Shown piece by piece: positions 27,572 through 36,387 of a stretch of 64,000 bases of DNA; position 1 is the stretch's first letter, and each line of letters starts with the position of its first letter. The notes under the pieces were generated by a model, which saw only the letters and a program-made list of their open reading frames with translations, did not search any database and was not told where the DNA came from. The stretch spans positions 2,784,001 through 2,848,000 of the forward strand of contig OZ220089.1 in assembly GCA_964291625.2 (NCBI GenBank). The letters run 5' to 3'. This stretch comes from Candidatus Latescibacterota bacterium. GTDB taxonomy: Bacteria > Latescibacterota > UBA2968 > UBA8231. Position numbers and translations under genes: made by a program.

Positions 27572-28314
27572 GGGCGGCTCTCCCGGTAGTAGGCCTCCAG
27601 CGAGTCCTGGGGCTCGAAGCCGAGGAGCCGGCGGGCCTTGGCGTTGGAGTACTTCCCGTGGGGCAGGTCGGCCATGACGAAGAACACCTCGTTGCGCGAG
27701 GGCAGCCGCGCGGTGTCGACCTCGAGGGCGCAGCGGATCGCCCGCGCCGCGTCGGCGAAAGTGACCGAGAAGGGGTTGATGTCCCCCCGTCCGCCCCGTT
27801 CGGGATCGGCGGGGTCGGCGGCGGGGAAGGAGAGGAAGAGCATGCACATCACGTGGATGGCGTGGTTGTCGCTGAAGATGCGGCAGACCTCCTGGCCCGC
27901 GGCCTTGCTGATGGCGTAGAGGTTGGTGCCGGAGTGGGCGGGCACCTCCTCGACGATGCCGAAGTCGAAGGTGTGGTAGGGCTCGCCGGTGACGGTGAAG
28001 TGGGGCCCGGTGTTGATGAAGCGGTCGTGGCCGAGGTCGACGGCGGTGCGCACGGCGTTGTACGTGCCCAGGGTGTTGACGTCCCAGGCGATCTTGCGGT
28101 GGGGCCGCAGCACCGAGCAGTTGACGATGGCGTCGCAGCCCCGGGCGGCGCGCCTCACCTGGCGCAGGTCGGCCACGTCAACGCGCATCGTCTCGTGGGG
28201 CGACCGCTCCGGCAGCTTGATGTCCGTGATCCGCAGGTCGTAGCCGCGGCCCTCCAGCTCGGAGACGACCCACGGTCCCAGAAAGCCGTTGCCGCCGAGG
28301 AGGCAGACCTTCAT
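27568..28314 (-). CDS. NAD-dependent epimerase/dehydrogenase (extended SDR, uronate dehydrogenase-like)
   Basis: LLGGNGFLG, YAISK, SNAKARRLLGFEPQDS. Confidence 0.8.
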   Translation of the reverse strand: MKVCLLGGNGFLGPWVVSELEGRGYDLRITDIKLPERSPHETMRVDVADLRQVRRAARGCDAIVNCSVLRPHRKIAWDVNTLGTYNAVRTAVDLGHDRFINTGPHFTVTGEPYHTFDFGIVEEVPAHSGTNLYAISKAAGQEVCRIFSDNHAIHVMCMLFLSFPAADPADPERGGRGDINPFSVTFADAARAIRCALEVDTARLPSRNEVFFVMADLPHGKYSNAKARRLLGFEPQDSLEAYYRESRP

Positions 28315-28985
28315 CGCGTCCTCCGCCGGGGCCGGAAGGCCGGGTAGCTCGTGGAGCGGAAGCGGGCGCCCTCGAACTCCCCCTGCACGTGGAGCACGCG
28401 GTAGCCCACGGGGCGTCCCGACTCCACGGCGGAGGCCACGGCGTCGCCCGCCTCGCCCGGGTCCACCGCCATGGCATCCGGATCTTCTCCAGCCTCCGGC
28501 AGGTGACCGAGGCGCAGCACGGTGAGGGCGATCTGCTTCGTCTGGGCGAACTCGCGGGCCACGAACTCCCCGAGGCCGGGGGCCATCACATCGGGCTCGG
28601 TAGTCGGCCGCGGCCGCCACTCGGGCGTGACCCGCAGGTCCTCGTCGTACGCGGCGAAGAGGTCCAGCGTGCTCACGTGGACGCAGTGCTCGACGCCGGC
28701 CGCCGACGCCGCGGTGAGCAGGTTGTAGGTGCAGCGGGTGCAGGCGTCGATCCACTCGGCGGCGTCGGCCGCGGCGCCCGGGGGGCCGGGGATGTGGACC
28801 ACCGCCTTCATCCCCTGCACGAGGGCGTCCGTGGCCTTGGTGTGGCCCAGCCGCGACTGCACGAACTCGAGGTCCGTCCGCAGGCGCCGCCGGTCGGTCA
28901 GCCGCAGGCGGTGCCGCCGCCGCCGCAGCTCGGCGGTGACGGCGCGGCCGAGGGCGCTCCCGGCGCCGGTGACGAGGACTCTCAT
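28311..28985 (-). CDS. NAD-dependent epimerase family protein (degenerate SDR, no clear YxxxK)
   Basis: VLVTGAGSALG Rossmann motif, TYNLL, VLRLG; ATGA coupling. Confidence 0.7.
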   Translation of the reverse strand: MRVLVTGAGSALGRAVTAELRRRRHRLRLTDRRRLRTDLEFVQSRLGHTKATDALVQGMKAVVHIPGPPGAAADAAEWIDACTRCTYNLLTAASAAGVEHCVHVSTLDLFAAYDEDLRVTPEWRPRPTTEPDVMAPGLGEFVAREFAQTKQIALTVLRLGHLPEAGEDPDAMAVDPGEAGDAVASAVESGRPVGYRVLHVQGEFEGARFRSTSYPAFRPRRRTR

Positions 28986-28998
28986 GGCAGGGCGGCTC

Positions 28999-29835
28999 TC
29001 AGCACAGGCCCGCCTCGCGGAAGGCCGTGTCCAGGGTGCGGAAGGTGAGGTCGGCGGCGGCGAAGGGATCGTAGGCCGGGCGGGCCTGGACCATCTTGCT
29101 CACCTCGGCGGTGATGTAGCCCTCGTACCCGGCGCCCTCCATCGCTCGCAGGTAGGCGGTGAAGTCGAAGGGCCCCTCGCCGGGGATCAGGAACTCGTGG
29201 GCAGGCGACCGGCCGCGCTGGTCCTTGACGTGGGTGTGGACCGAGTGCGGCGCCAGGACGGCCACCGTCCGGTCCGTGGGCAGACCGAGGACCTCGAAGT
29301 GGCTGATGTCGAAGTTGAGCTTGAGGAACTCCGAGTCGACCTGCTGCAGGAGCCAGACCGTCCGCTCGGGCGTGTCGAGGGCGGAGCCTACGTGCGGCTC
29401 GAGGGCGATGACGACGCCGGCCGCGGCCCCGTACTCCACGAGCTGTCCCACCCTCTCGACGATGAAGCCGCGCCGCGGCTCCCAGTCGTCCGGGCGGCCG
29501 CCGAGGGTGGTGTCCAGGGCGGGGGGAACGCCTCCGGCCGGCGCCCACCCGGCGCACAGGTCGACGGCCCCGGTGAGGCGGCGCCAGTTCTCGTCGTGCT
29601 CGCCGCCCTCGGCCAGCAGCGACCGGTGGCCGGCGACCGCCGGCATGTCGAGGCCGTGGTCGTCGAAGAGGGCGCGGATCCGCCGCCGCTCCCCGGCGTC
29701 GAGGGTGTCCAGCTCCGTGGACCAGCCGGGGATGACGGTGGGCTCGACACCGGTGAAGCCGAGGCCGGCGAGGTGCCCGAGGGCGTCGTCGATCGCCACC
29801 TCGGGCATGCCCCACGTGGAGTAGCCGATCTGCAC
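28999..29835 (-). CDS. Sugar phosphate isomerase/epimerase (xylose isomerase-like TIM barrel)
   Basis: ALEPH, NFDISH, HTHVKD, PGEG, GYITAE metal ligands. Confidence 0.85.
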   Translation of the reverse strand: MQIGYSTWGMPEVAIDDALGHLAGLGFTGVEPTVIPGWSTELDTLDAGERRRIRALFDDHGLDMPAVAGHRSLLAEGGEHDENWRRLTGAVDLCAGWAPAGGVPPALDTTLGGRPDDWEPRRGFIVERVGQLVEYGAAAGVVIALEPHVGSALDTPERTVWLLQQVDSEFLKLNFDISHFEVLGLPTDRTVAVLAPHSVHTHVKDQRGRSPAHEFLIPGEGPFDFTAYLRAMEGAGYEGYITAEVSKMVQARPAYDPFAAADLTFRTLDTAFREAGLC

Positions 29836-29846
29836 GGAGGCCGGCT

Positions 29847-31328
29847 CTACAGGATCTGCTGCTCGAAGTTGGAGGGCACCATGTCGTGGACGTCGGAGTC
29901 GCGCAGGGCGGAGGGCGACTGCATCTCCAGGACCGCCTTCTCGTGCAGCTCGTCCATGGTTCGGCAGCCGGCCGTGGCCAGGGTGGAGCGCAGGATCTGC
30001 ACCACCAGGGGCAGCTTCTCGAAGATCGAGCCGAGATGGGGCACGTACCCGGTGATCCCCTCCTCGAAGAACAGGTCTTTCAGCTGGGCGTAGCGCCGGT
30101 GGTTGCGGGCCTTGGCGCTGCCCTCCATCCAGTACTCCTTGACGATCTCGCCGGCGGCGTTGCGCATGAGGTTGCCCGCCGACTCGGTGTAGCGGGCGAA
30201 GAAGTTGCCCAGCATGAGGGCGTCGGCCCCCAGGGCCAGGGCCACCGACATCTCGGCGGGCCCCGCCATGCCGCCGTCGGCGATGAGGGGCAGGTATTCG
30301 CCCGTGGCGTCGGCGTGGCGGTCGCGGGCCGGGCCGACGCCGAGCAGGGCCGATCCCTGGCCGCGGCCGGTGGCCTTCACCTCCTGGGTGGTGCAGCCCG
30401 AGGCGATGCCCATGCCCACCTTCACCGCGTCGGCGCCGGTCTCGGCGAGGAACTCGAAGCCGCGGGAGGTGACCACGTTTCCGGCCACCACCGGCACGCC
30501 GCAGGTCGACTTGATCCACTCCACCATCTGCCGCTGGTAGTGGGTGTGGCCGTCGGAGGCGTCGACGACGATGACGTCGACCTCGTGCTCCACCAGGCAC
30601 TGGACGCGCTCGCGGTCCTCGGGGTGGGTGGAGACCGCCGCCCCCACGAGCAGGCGCTTCTGGGCGTCGATCGACTCGTTGGGGTGCTGCAGGTGCTTGT
30701 CGAGGTCCTTCTTGAAGACCGCCGTCTGCAGGATGCCGCCGGCGTCGACGATGGGCAGGAAGCCGCGGCCGAACTTGATCATCAGCCGGTTGGCTTCCTT
30801 GAGGTCGGAGATGTCGACGCCGTACTGCACGTCGGTGCGCATGCGCTCCTCGACGGTGAGGGCGTGGTCGCGCCGCACGTCGAAGTCCTTGTCCGTGATC
30901 ACCCCCAGGAGCCTGGCGTGGAACTCGCCCGTGTCGGTCACCGGGAAGGTGGAGTAGCCGGTCTCCTCCATGATGCGGATCACGTCGGCGATCGTCTGGC
31001 GCGGCGAGAGGGTGGTGATGCTGGTCTGGAAGCCGGCCTTGAAGCGCTTCACCCGGCCGATCTTCTCGGACTGCTCCTCGATCGTCTGGCTCACCGGCAG
31101 GATGCCGATGCCCCCGAGCTGGGCGATGGCGATGGCCATCTCGGTGCCCGTCACCGCCTGCATGGCGGCGCTCAGGAAGGGCGTGTGCAGGCGCAGGTAG
31201 CCGTCGCCGCTGCGGCACAGGCGGGTGGTGAGATCGACGTTGAGGGCGTTGCCGTCGGGGGGCGTGTACCCCGGCAGGATGCGGAACTCGCGAAGGCTGT
31301 GAGACGGGCGGTCGAGAACCTTGCTCAT
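29847..31328 (-). CDS. guaB: IMP dehydrogenase with CBS domains
   Basis: PFLSAAMQAV, GGIG, VKRFKAGF, VDASDG, VAGNVV, Cys loop GIASGCTTQE, IADGG, RY flap, EEG. Confidence 0.8.
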   Translation of the reverse strand: MSKVLDRPSHSLREFRILPGYTPPDGNALNVDLTTRLCRSGDGYLRLHTPFLSAAMQAVTGTEMAIAIAQLGGIGILPVSQTIEEQSEKIGRVKRFKAGFQTSITTLSPRQTIADVIRIMEETGYSTFPVTDTGEFHARLLGVITDKDFDVRRDHALTVEERMRTDVQYGVDISDLKEANRLMIKFGRGFLPIVDAGGILQTAVFKKDLDKHLQHPNESIDAQKRLLVGAAVSTHPEDRERVQCLVEHEVDVIVVDASDGHTHYQRQMVEWIKSTCGVPVVAGNVVTSRGFEFLAETGADAVKVGMGIASGCTTQEVKATGRGQGSALLGVGPARDRHADATGEYLPLIADGGMAGPAEMSVALALGADALMLGNFFARYTESAGNLMRNAAGEIVKEYWMEGSAKARNHRRYAQLKDLFFEEGITGYVPHLGSIFEKLPLVVQILRSTLATAGCRTMDELHEKAVLEMQSPSALRDSDVHDMVPSNFEQQIL

Positions 31329-31439
31329 GGCTGAGGCGTCCTCCGGCGCGGGGCCGTCGAATATAGAGAAAGAGGGCGAGAATGGGGAGGAAGCCGTACC
31401 TTGGAGTGCTTCGTTCAGAGCCGAAACAGGAGGAGTGAC

Positions 31440-31694
31440 ATGCCCTATTACATCCGAAACCGCCCCTCCCGCGACGACGTCGCCGTGCCCGGTTTCCTGG
31501 TGAGCTGCCTGCTCATGCTGATCGTGGGCGCGGTCCTGGGCATGCTGCTGGCGCCGCAGCGGGGCGAGGTCACCCGCCGCCGCATCCTGCGCCGCGCCGG
31601 CGAGGCCCGCGACGGTGTCATCGAGAAGGTCGAGGACCTGATGGTCCACCGCAGCGAGGAAGAGGCCGGCACCGATGAAGAAGCCGCTAGCTGA
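31440..31694 (+). CDS. YtxH-domain protein
   Basis: AGGAGGAG RBS; LIVGAVLGMLLAPQRGEVTRRRI YtxH signature. Confidence 0.8.
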   Translation: MPYYIRNRPSRDDVAVPGFLVSCLLMLIVGAVLGMLLAPQRGEVTRRRILRRAGEARDGVIEKVEDLMVHRSEEEAGTDEEAAS

Positions 31695-32019
31695 CGGACT
31701 GCGGGACCGCCTCGCCGGCGTCGCCGAGCGCGGCCGCGTCCTCGGGCGGGTCCTGAGGGCGCGCGCCGACGTGGCCGCCTCCCGCCGCCGGCTGCGCGCC
31801 TCCTTGCGCGAGCTCGGCGAGGAGGTCTACGCCCGCCTCGGCGAGGGCGCCCTGGAGGGCGACCACCGTCTCCTGCTCCTCAAGGAGCGGATCGACGGCC
31901 TCCACGACGAGGTCCGCCGCCGCGAGGAGGAGCTGAGCGCCGCCATGCACTCTCCCCGCCCGGCGGCCAGGGCCTCCGCCGCGGCCGCCGCCGACGGCGG
32001 CCCGGAGCGCGCCCGGTGA
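31675..32019 (+). CDS. Hypothetical coiled-coil protein
   Basis: Overlaps ytxH stop; ELGEEVY and heptad pattern; host-like codon usage. Confidence 0.6.
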   Translation: MKKPLADGLRDRLAGVAERGRVLGRVLRARADVAASRRRLRASLRELGEEVYARLGEGALEGDHRLLLLKERIDGLHDEVRRREEELSAAMHSPRPAARASAAAAADGGPERAR

Positions 32020-32108
32020 TCCGCTTCCTCCTCGGCGTCATCGCCGGCCTGGTGGTGGGGATCCTGCTCTTCGCCCCCTCCGTCCTGGAGGACCTGCCCG
32101 GCGACTGA
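32016..32108 (+). CDS. Putative 30-aa single-TM microprotein
   Basis: GTGA coupling; MIRFLLGVIAGLVVGILLFAPSVLEDLPGD; all 30 sense codons G/C-ending. Confidence 0.55.
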   Translation: MIRFLLGVIAGLVVGILLFAPSVLEDLPGD

Positions 32109-32119
32109 GGGCCCGCGGG

Positions 32120-33919
32120 TCAGCCGGCCGCCGCCCGTCCGTAGTCGAGGCGGCACAGCCGCGCGTAGATGCCGTTGCGCGCGAGCAGTTCCTCGTGGCG
32201 CCCCCGCTCCCGCACCTGCCCCCGGTGCAGCACCAGGATCTGGTCGGCGCTGCGGATCGTCGACAGGCGGTGGGCGATGACCACCGACGTGCGGTCGTGC
32301 ATCAGCCGCTCCACCGCCTCCTGGATCAGCTGCTCGGTCTCGGTGTCGATGCTCGACGTGGCCTCGTCGAGGACGAGGATCGCCGGGTCGAAGGCCAGGC
32401 AGCGGGCGAAGGAGAGCAGTTGGCGCTGCCCCGCCGACAGGCTCGAGCCGCCCTCGGCCACCGGCTGCCCGTAGCCCCGCGGCAGCCGCTCGATGAAGGC
32501 ATCCGCCTTGACGTAGCGGGCGATGCGCCGCACCCGCTCCGGCGGGATCGCCCCGTCCCCCAGGCGGATGTTGCTCTCGATGTCCCCCGAGAACAGAAAG
32601 ACGTCCTGCTGCACGATGCCGATGCGGCGCCGCAGGGCGTTCACCTCCCACTCCCGCACGTCGAGGCCGTCGACCCTCACCGCCCCTTCCTGCACGTCGT
32701 AGAACCGGCACAGGAGGTTGACCACCGTCGTCTTGCCCGACCCGGTGGCGCCCACGAGGGCCAGGCTGTGGCCGGCGGGCACGGCGAAGGAGACGTCGCG
32801 CAGGATCCAGTCCTCCGAGCCCTCGTCGTACTTGAAGCGCACGCTCTCGAACTCGATCGCCGGCGTATCGGCCTCGGCCGCGGCCTTGGGGAGGCCGCCG
32901 CCGCCGGCCGGCTCGGTCCGCGTGTCCAGCAGCAGGAAGATGCGCTCCGACGAGGCCATGGCGCTCTGCAGCAGCGCGTAGCGGTCCGAGATGTCCATGA
33001 GGGGGCGGAAGAACCGCCGGATGTACTGGAGGAAGGCGACCAGTACCCCCGGCTCGATCCGCTCCTGCAGCACCGAGCCGGCGCCGTACCACAGGATCAG
33101 GGCGGTGCCTATCGTGGACACCCACTCGGTGAAGGGGAAGAAGATGGCGTAGTAGAGGATCTCCCGGTCCTCGGCGCGGCGGTAGGGCAGGTGCTCGCCG
33201 TCGAAGTCGCGGCGGTTGCGCCGCTGGCGGTTGAAGAGCTGCACCACCTCCATGCCGGTGATGTTCTCCTGCAGGTAGGAGTTGAGCCGCGCCAGCCGCA
33301 GCCGCAGCTCGCGGTAGGCGCCCATCGCCTTGCCCTGCAGGTAGAAGGTGGCCGCCGCCACCACCGGGATGACGATGCACGAGACCAGGGTCAGGCGCAG
33401 GTCCATGTAGGCCATGAAGCCGAGGATCGCCGCCAGCGTCGCCAGGTCGATGAAGACCGAGACCACGCCCTCGGTGAAGAACTCGTTGAGGGCCTCCACG
33501 TCGTTGGTGGTGCGCGTCATCGTGCGGCCGATCGGCGTGCGGTCGAAGTAGCGCATCGGCAGCCGCTGGAGGTGGACGAAGATCCGGCGCCGCAGGTCGC
33601 GCATGACCAGCTGCCCCGTCATCTCCGTGACCCGCGTCTGGCCGTACTGGGCCGCGTACTGGACGGCGAGGGAGCCGAAGTAGAGGGCGACGATCACGTA
33701 GAGGCCCTCCAGGTCCCCCTTCAGCATGTAGTCGTCGACCCCGATCTGGGTCAGCCACGGACCGAGCTGGCTGGAGGCCGCGGCGGCGACGATCAGGACC
33801 AGGGCGGCGGCGACGCGCAGCTTGTAGGGGCCCAGGCAGGCCACCAGGCGCACCGCCAGGCGCAGGTTGAAGGGCCGCTCCTGGATCTCCTCTTCCCGGG
33901 AGAGGGGGGTCGGGCTCAC
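32120..33919 (-). CDS. ABC exporter ATP-binding/permease (heterodimer subunit B)
   Basis: TMD plus GATGSGKTT, LSAGQRQ, LDEATS, IAHR. Confidence 0.92.
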   Translation of the reverse strand: MSPTPLSREEEIQERPFNLRLAVRLVACLGPYKLRVAAALVLIVAAAASSQLGPWLTQIGVDDYMLKGDLEGLYVIVALYFGSLAVQYAAQYGQTRVTEMTGQLVMRDLRRRIFVHLQRLPMRYFDRTPIGRTMTRTTNDVEALNEFFTEGVVSVFIDLATLAAILGFMAYMDLRLTLVSCIVIPVVAAATFYLQGKAMGAYRELRLRLARLNSYLQENITGMEVVQLFNRQRRNRRDFDGEHLPYRRAEDREILYYAIFFPFTEWVSTIGTALILWYGAGSVLQERIEPGVLVAFLQYIRRFFRPLMDISDRYALLQSAMASSERIFLLLDTRTEPAGGGGLPKAAAEADTPAIEFESVRFKYDEGSEDWILRDVSFAVPAGHSLALVGATGSGKTTVVNLLCRFYDVQEGAVRVDGLDVREWEVNALRRRIGIVQQDVFLFSGDIESNIRLGDGAIPPERVRRIARYVKADAFIERLPRGYGQPVAEGGSSLSAGQRQLLSFARCLAFDPAILVLDEATSSIDTETEQLIQEAVERLMHDRTSVVIAHRLSTIRSADQILVLHRGQVRERGRHEELLARNGIYARLCRLDYGRAAAG

Positions 33920-35721
33920 AACTGCTCCAGCTCGGCGGCCAGCTGCTGGCGGCGGGCCAGCTCGGCGTAGAACCCGGCGCCGGCGGCCAGCTCCTGGTGG
34001 GTGCCGCTCTCGGCGATGCGGCCCTCGTCGAGGACGACGATGCGGTCGGCGTCCCTCAGGGTCGAGATGCGGTGGGCGATGAGGATCGTCGTGCGCCCGG
34101 CCATGATCCCCCGCAGGTGGCCGAGGATCGTCTCCTCCGTGTGCGTGTCCACCGCCGAGAGGGAGTCGTCGAGGATCAGGACCCGCGGCCTCGCCAGCAG
34201 CGCCCGGGCCAGGGTGGTGCGCTGCTTCTGCCCCCCCGACAGGGTGATGCCGCGCTCTCCGACGACGGTGTCGAAGCCGTCGTCGAAGGCCTCCACGTCC
34301 TCGCGCAGGCCCGCCTCCCCGGCGGCGGCGCGGATCTCGTCCTCGCCGGCCTCGTCCACGGCGTAGCCCACGTTGGCCCCCACCGTGTCCGAGAACAGGA
34401 ACGGCGTCTGCGCCACGTAGCCCATAGCCTCGCGCAGCTCGTCGAGAGGCCACTCGGCCAGCGGCACCCCGTCGAGCAGGACCCGCCCCTCCGTCGGCTC
34501 GATCAGCCGCGGGATCAGCCGCGCCAGGGTCGTCTTTCCCGAGCCGACGCGGCCCACGATGCCCAGGGTCGAGCCCGCGGGCACGGTGAGGTCGATCCCC
34601 CGCAGCGCCGGCAGCCCGTCGTAGGCGAAGCTCACGCCCTCGAAGCGCAGCTCGCCCCGCACCCTCGAGGATGTCCGCCGCCGCCCCCCGGCCAACTCGG
34701 CGCGGGCGCGCACCCCCGCGGCCCCGGCTTCCGGTCCCCCCGCCTCGGGAGCGGCGGCGTCGCGGATCGCCGGGTCCACCGCCAGGACCTCGTTGATGCG
34801 GCGGATGGCGACCAGGGCGCGCTGAAAGCGGTCGACGATCCAGCCCATGTGGGAGATCGGCCGGATCAGCATGGTGAGGTAGGCGTTGATGGCGACGAAC
34901 TCGCCCACCGTGAGGGCCCCGGTGGTCACCGCCCGTCCCCCCAGCCACAGGTTCATCCCCAGGCTCAGGGAGGCGATCAGGAAGGAGAGGGGGCGGTACA
35001 CGGCGCGGGTCCGGATCAGCCGCTGGTTGCGGTCCAGGTACTGCTGGTTGAGCCCCTCGAAGGCGTCCGCCTGGGCGCCGCCCTGGTCGAAGGCCTTCAC
35101 CAGGCGGATCCCCGTGAGGTTCTCCTGGACGAAGTTGCTCATGTGGCCGAAGAAGTCCTGGATCGCCCGGAAGCGGGAGTGCACGAGGGAGGCCATGCGG
35201 ATGATGAACAGGCACAGGAGCGGCACCGGGAGCAGCACCAGCAGCGTCAGCTCCCAGTCGATGCGGCACATCATGACGATGGTGAACAGGAAGATCAGCA
35301 CCGTCTCCACCACGCCCCGCAGCCCGTACACGAAGAACAGGCGGATCTGCTGCAGGTCGTTCGTGGCCCGCGCCATCAGGTCGCCGGTGCGGTGCTCCTG
35401 GTAGAAGGACAGGGGCTGCCGCAGCAGGTGGGCGAAGTAGGCGGTGCGGATGTCGAACTCGATCCAGGTGGCGGCCACGCCCATGAGGCGGCGCATGGAG
35501 AAGCCGCCGGCGGCCACCAGCAGGGCGAGGCCGAGGATGCGCAGCACCCGCTCCTCCACGAGGGCGCGCACCTGGCCGGCCGGGGACTCGAGGGCGTCGA
35601 AGGCGGCGGCGATCTCGAGGGGGATGAGGGAGTTGGCCGCCTGGGAGAGCAGGATCGCCCCCGCCCCCAGGGCCATGCGACGACGGTAGGGTCGGGCGTA
35701 GGGGGCGAAGGGTCCGAGCAT
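33916..35721 (-). CDS. ABC exporter ATP-binding/permease (heterodimer subunit A)
   Basis: TGDLMARATND, GRVGSGKTT, LSGGQKQR, degenerate Walker B LDDSLSAVD. Confidence 0.92.
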   Translation of the reverse strand: MLGPFAPYARPYRRRMALGAGAILLSQAANSLIPLEIAAAFDALESPAGQVRALVEERVLRILGLALLVAAGGFSMRRLMGVAATWIEFDIRTAYFAHLLRQPLSFYQEHRTGDLMARATNDLQQIRLFFVYGLRGVVETVLIFLFTIVMMCRIDWELTLLVLLPVPLLCLFIIRMASLVHSRFRAIQDFFGHMSNFVQENLTGIRLVKAFDQGGAQADAFEGLNQQYLDRNQRLIRTRAVYRPLSFLIASLSLGMNLWLGGRAVTTGALTVGEFVAINAYLTMLIRPISHMGWIVDRFQRALVAIRRINEVLAVDPAIRDAAAPEAGGPEAGAAGVRARAELAGGRRRTSSRVRGELRFEGVSFAYDGLPALRGIDLTVPAGSTLGIVGRVGSGKTTLARLIPRLIEPTEGRVLLDGVPLAEWPLDELREAMGYVAQTPFLFSDTVGANVGYAVDEAGEDEIRAAAGEAGLREDVEAFDDGFDTVVGERGITLSGGQKQRTTLARALLARPRVLILDDSLSAVDTHTEETILGHLRGIMAGRTTILIAHRISTLRDADRIVVLDEGRIAESGTHQELAAGAGFYAELARRQQLAAELEQL

Positions 35722-35774
35722 CGGGCGAAAGGAAAGCCCCGCGGCCCCGGGAGCGGCCCCCGGGCGGCGGTCTC

Positions 35775-36380
35775 TCAGGGCCGGCCGGCGATCTCCGGGA
35801 AGCGCTCCAGCAGCAGCGGGCGGATGGCCCGCAGGGCCCGGCCCCGGTGGCTGATCGCCCCCTTCTCGTCGGGGCTCAGCTCGGCCATGGCGCGGCCGGC
35901 CTCCAGGGAGTGGAACACGGGGTCGTACCCGAAGCCGCCGCCGCCGGCCGGCGCCTCGAGGATGCGCCCCTCGCACGCCTCCTCGGCCGCGGCCGTCCGC
36001 CCGTCGGGCGCCGCCGCCACCAGGCAGCAGCGGAAGCGGGCGCCGCGTTCCGGGCGGGGGACGCCGGCCAGGACCCGCAGCAGCAGCCGGCAGCGGCCGC
36101 CGTCGTCGAGGCCCTCGCCGCCGTAGCGCGCCGAGGTCACCCCCGGGGCGCCTCCGAGGGCGTCCACCTCCAGGCCGGAGTCGTCGGCGAGGCTGACGCA
36201 CCCCGAGGCCTCGGCGTAGGCCCGGGCCTTCAGCAGGGCGTTGTCGTGGAAGGTGGCTCCCGTCTCCGCCACCTGGAGGTCCTCCAGGCCGCGTGAGGCC
36301 GGCGAGACCGTCTCGATGCCTCTCAGCAGCCGCCGGAACTCGGCCAGCTTTCCGGGGTTGCCCGTGGCGATGAGCACCAC
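35775..36380 (-). CDS. rdgB: Non-canonical purine NTP pyrophosphatase (RdgB/HAM1)
   Basis: IATGNPGKLAE, ADDSGL, PGVTSARY, GFGYDPVF, ISHRGRA. Confidence 0.93.
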   Translation of the reverse strand: MVLIATGNPGKLAEFRRLLRGIETVSPASRGLEDLQVAETGATFHDNALLKARAYAEASGCVSLADDSGLEVDALGGAPGVTSARYGGEGLDDGGRCRLLLRVLAGVPRPERGARFRCCLVAAAPDGRTAAAEEACEGRILEAPAGGGGFGYDPVFHSLEAGRAMAELSPDEKGAISHRGRALRAIRPLLLERFPEIAGRP

Positions 36381-36387
36381 GGCGGGA

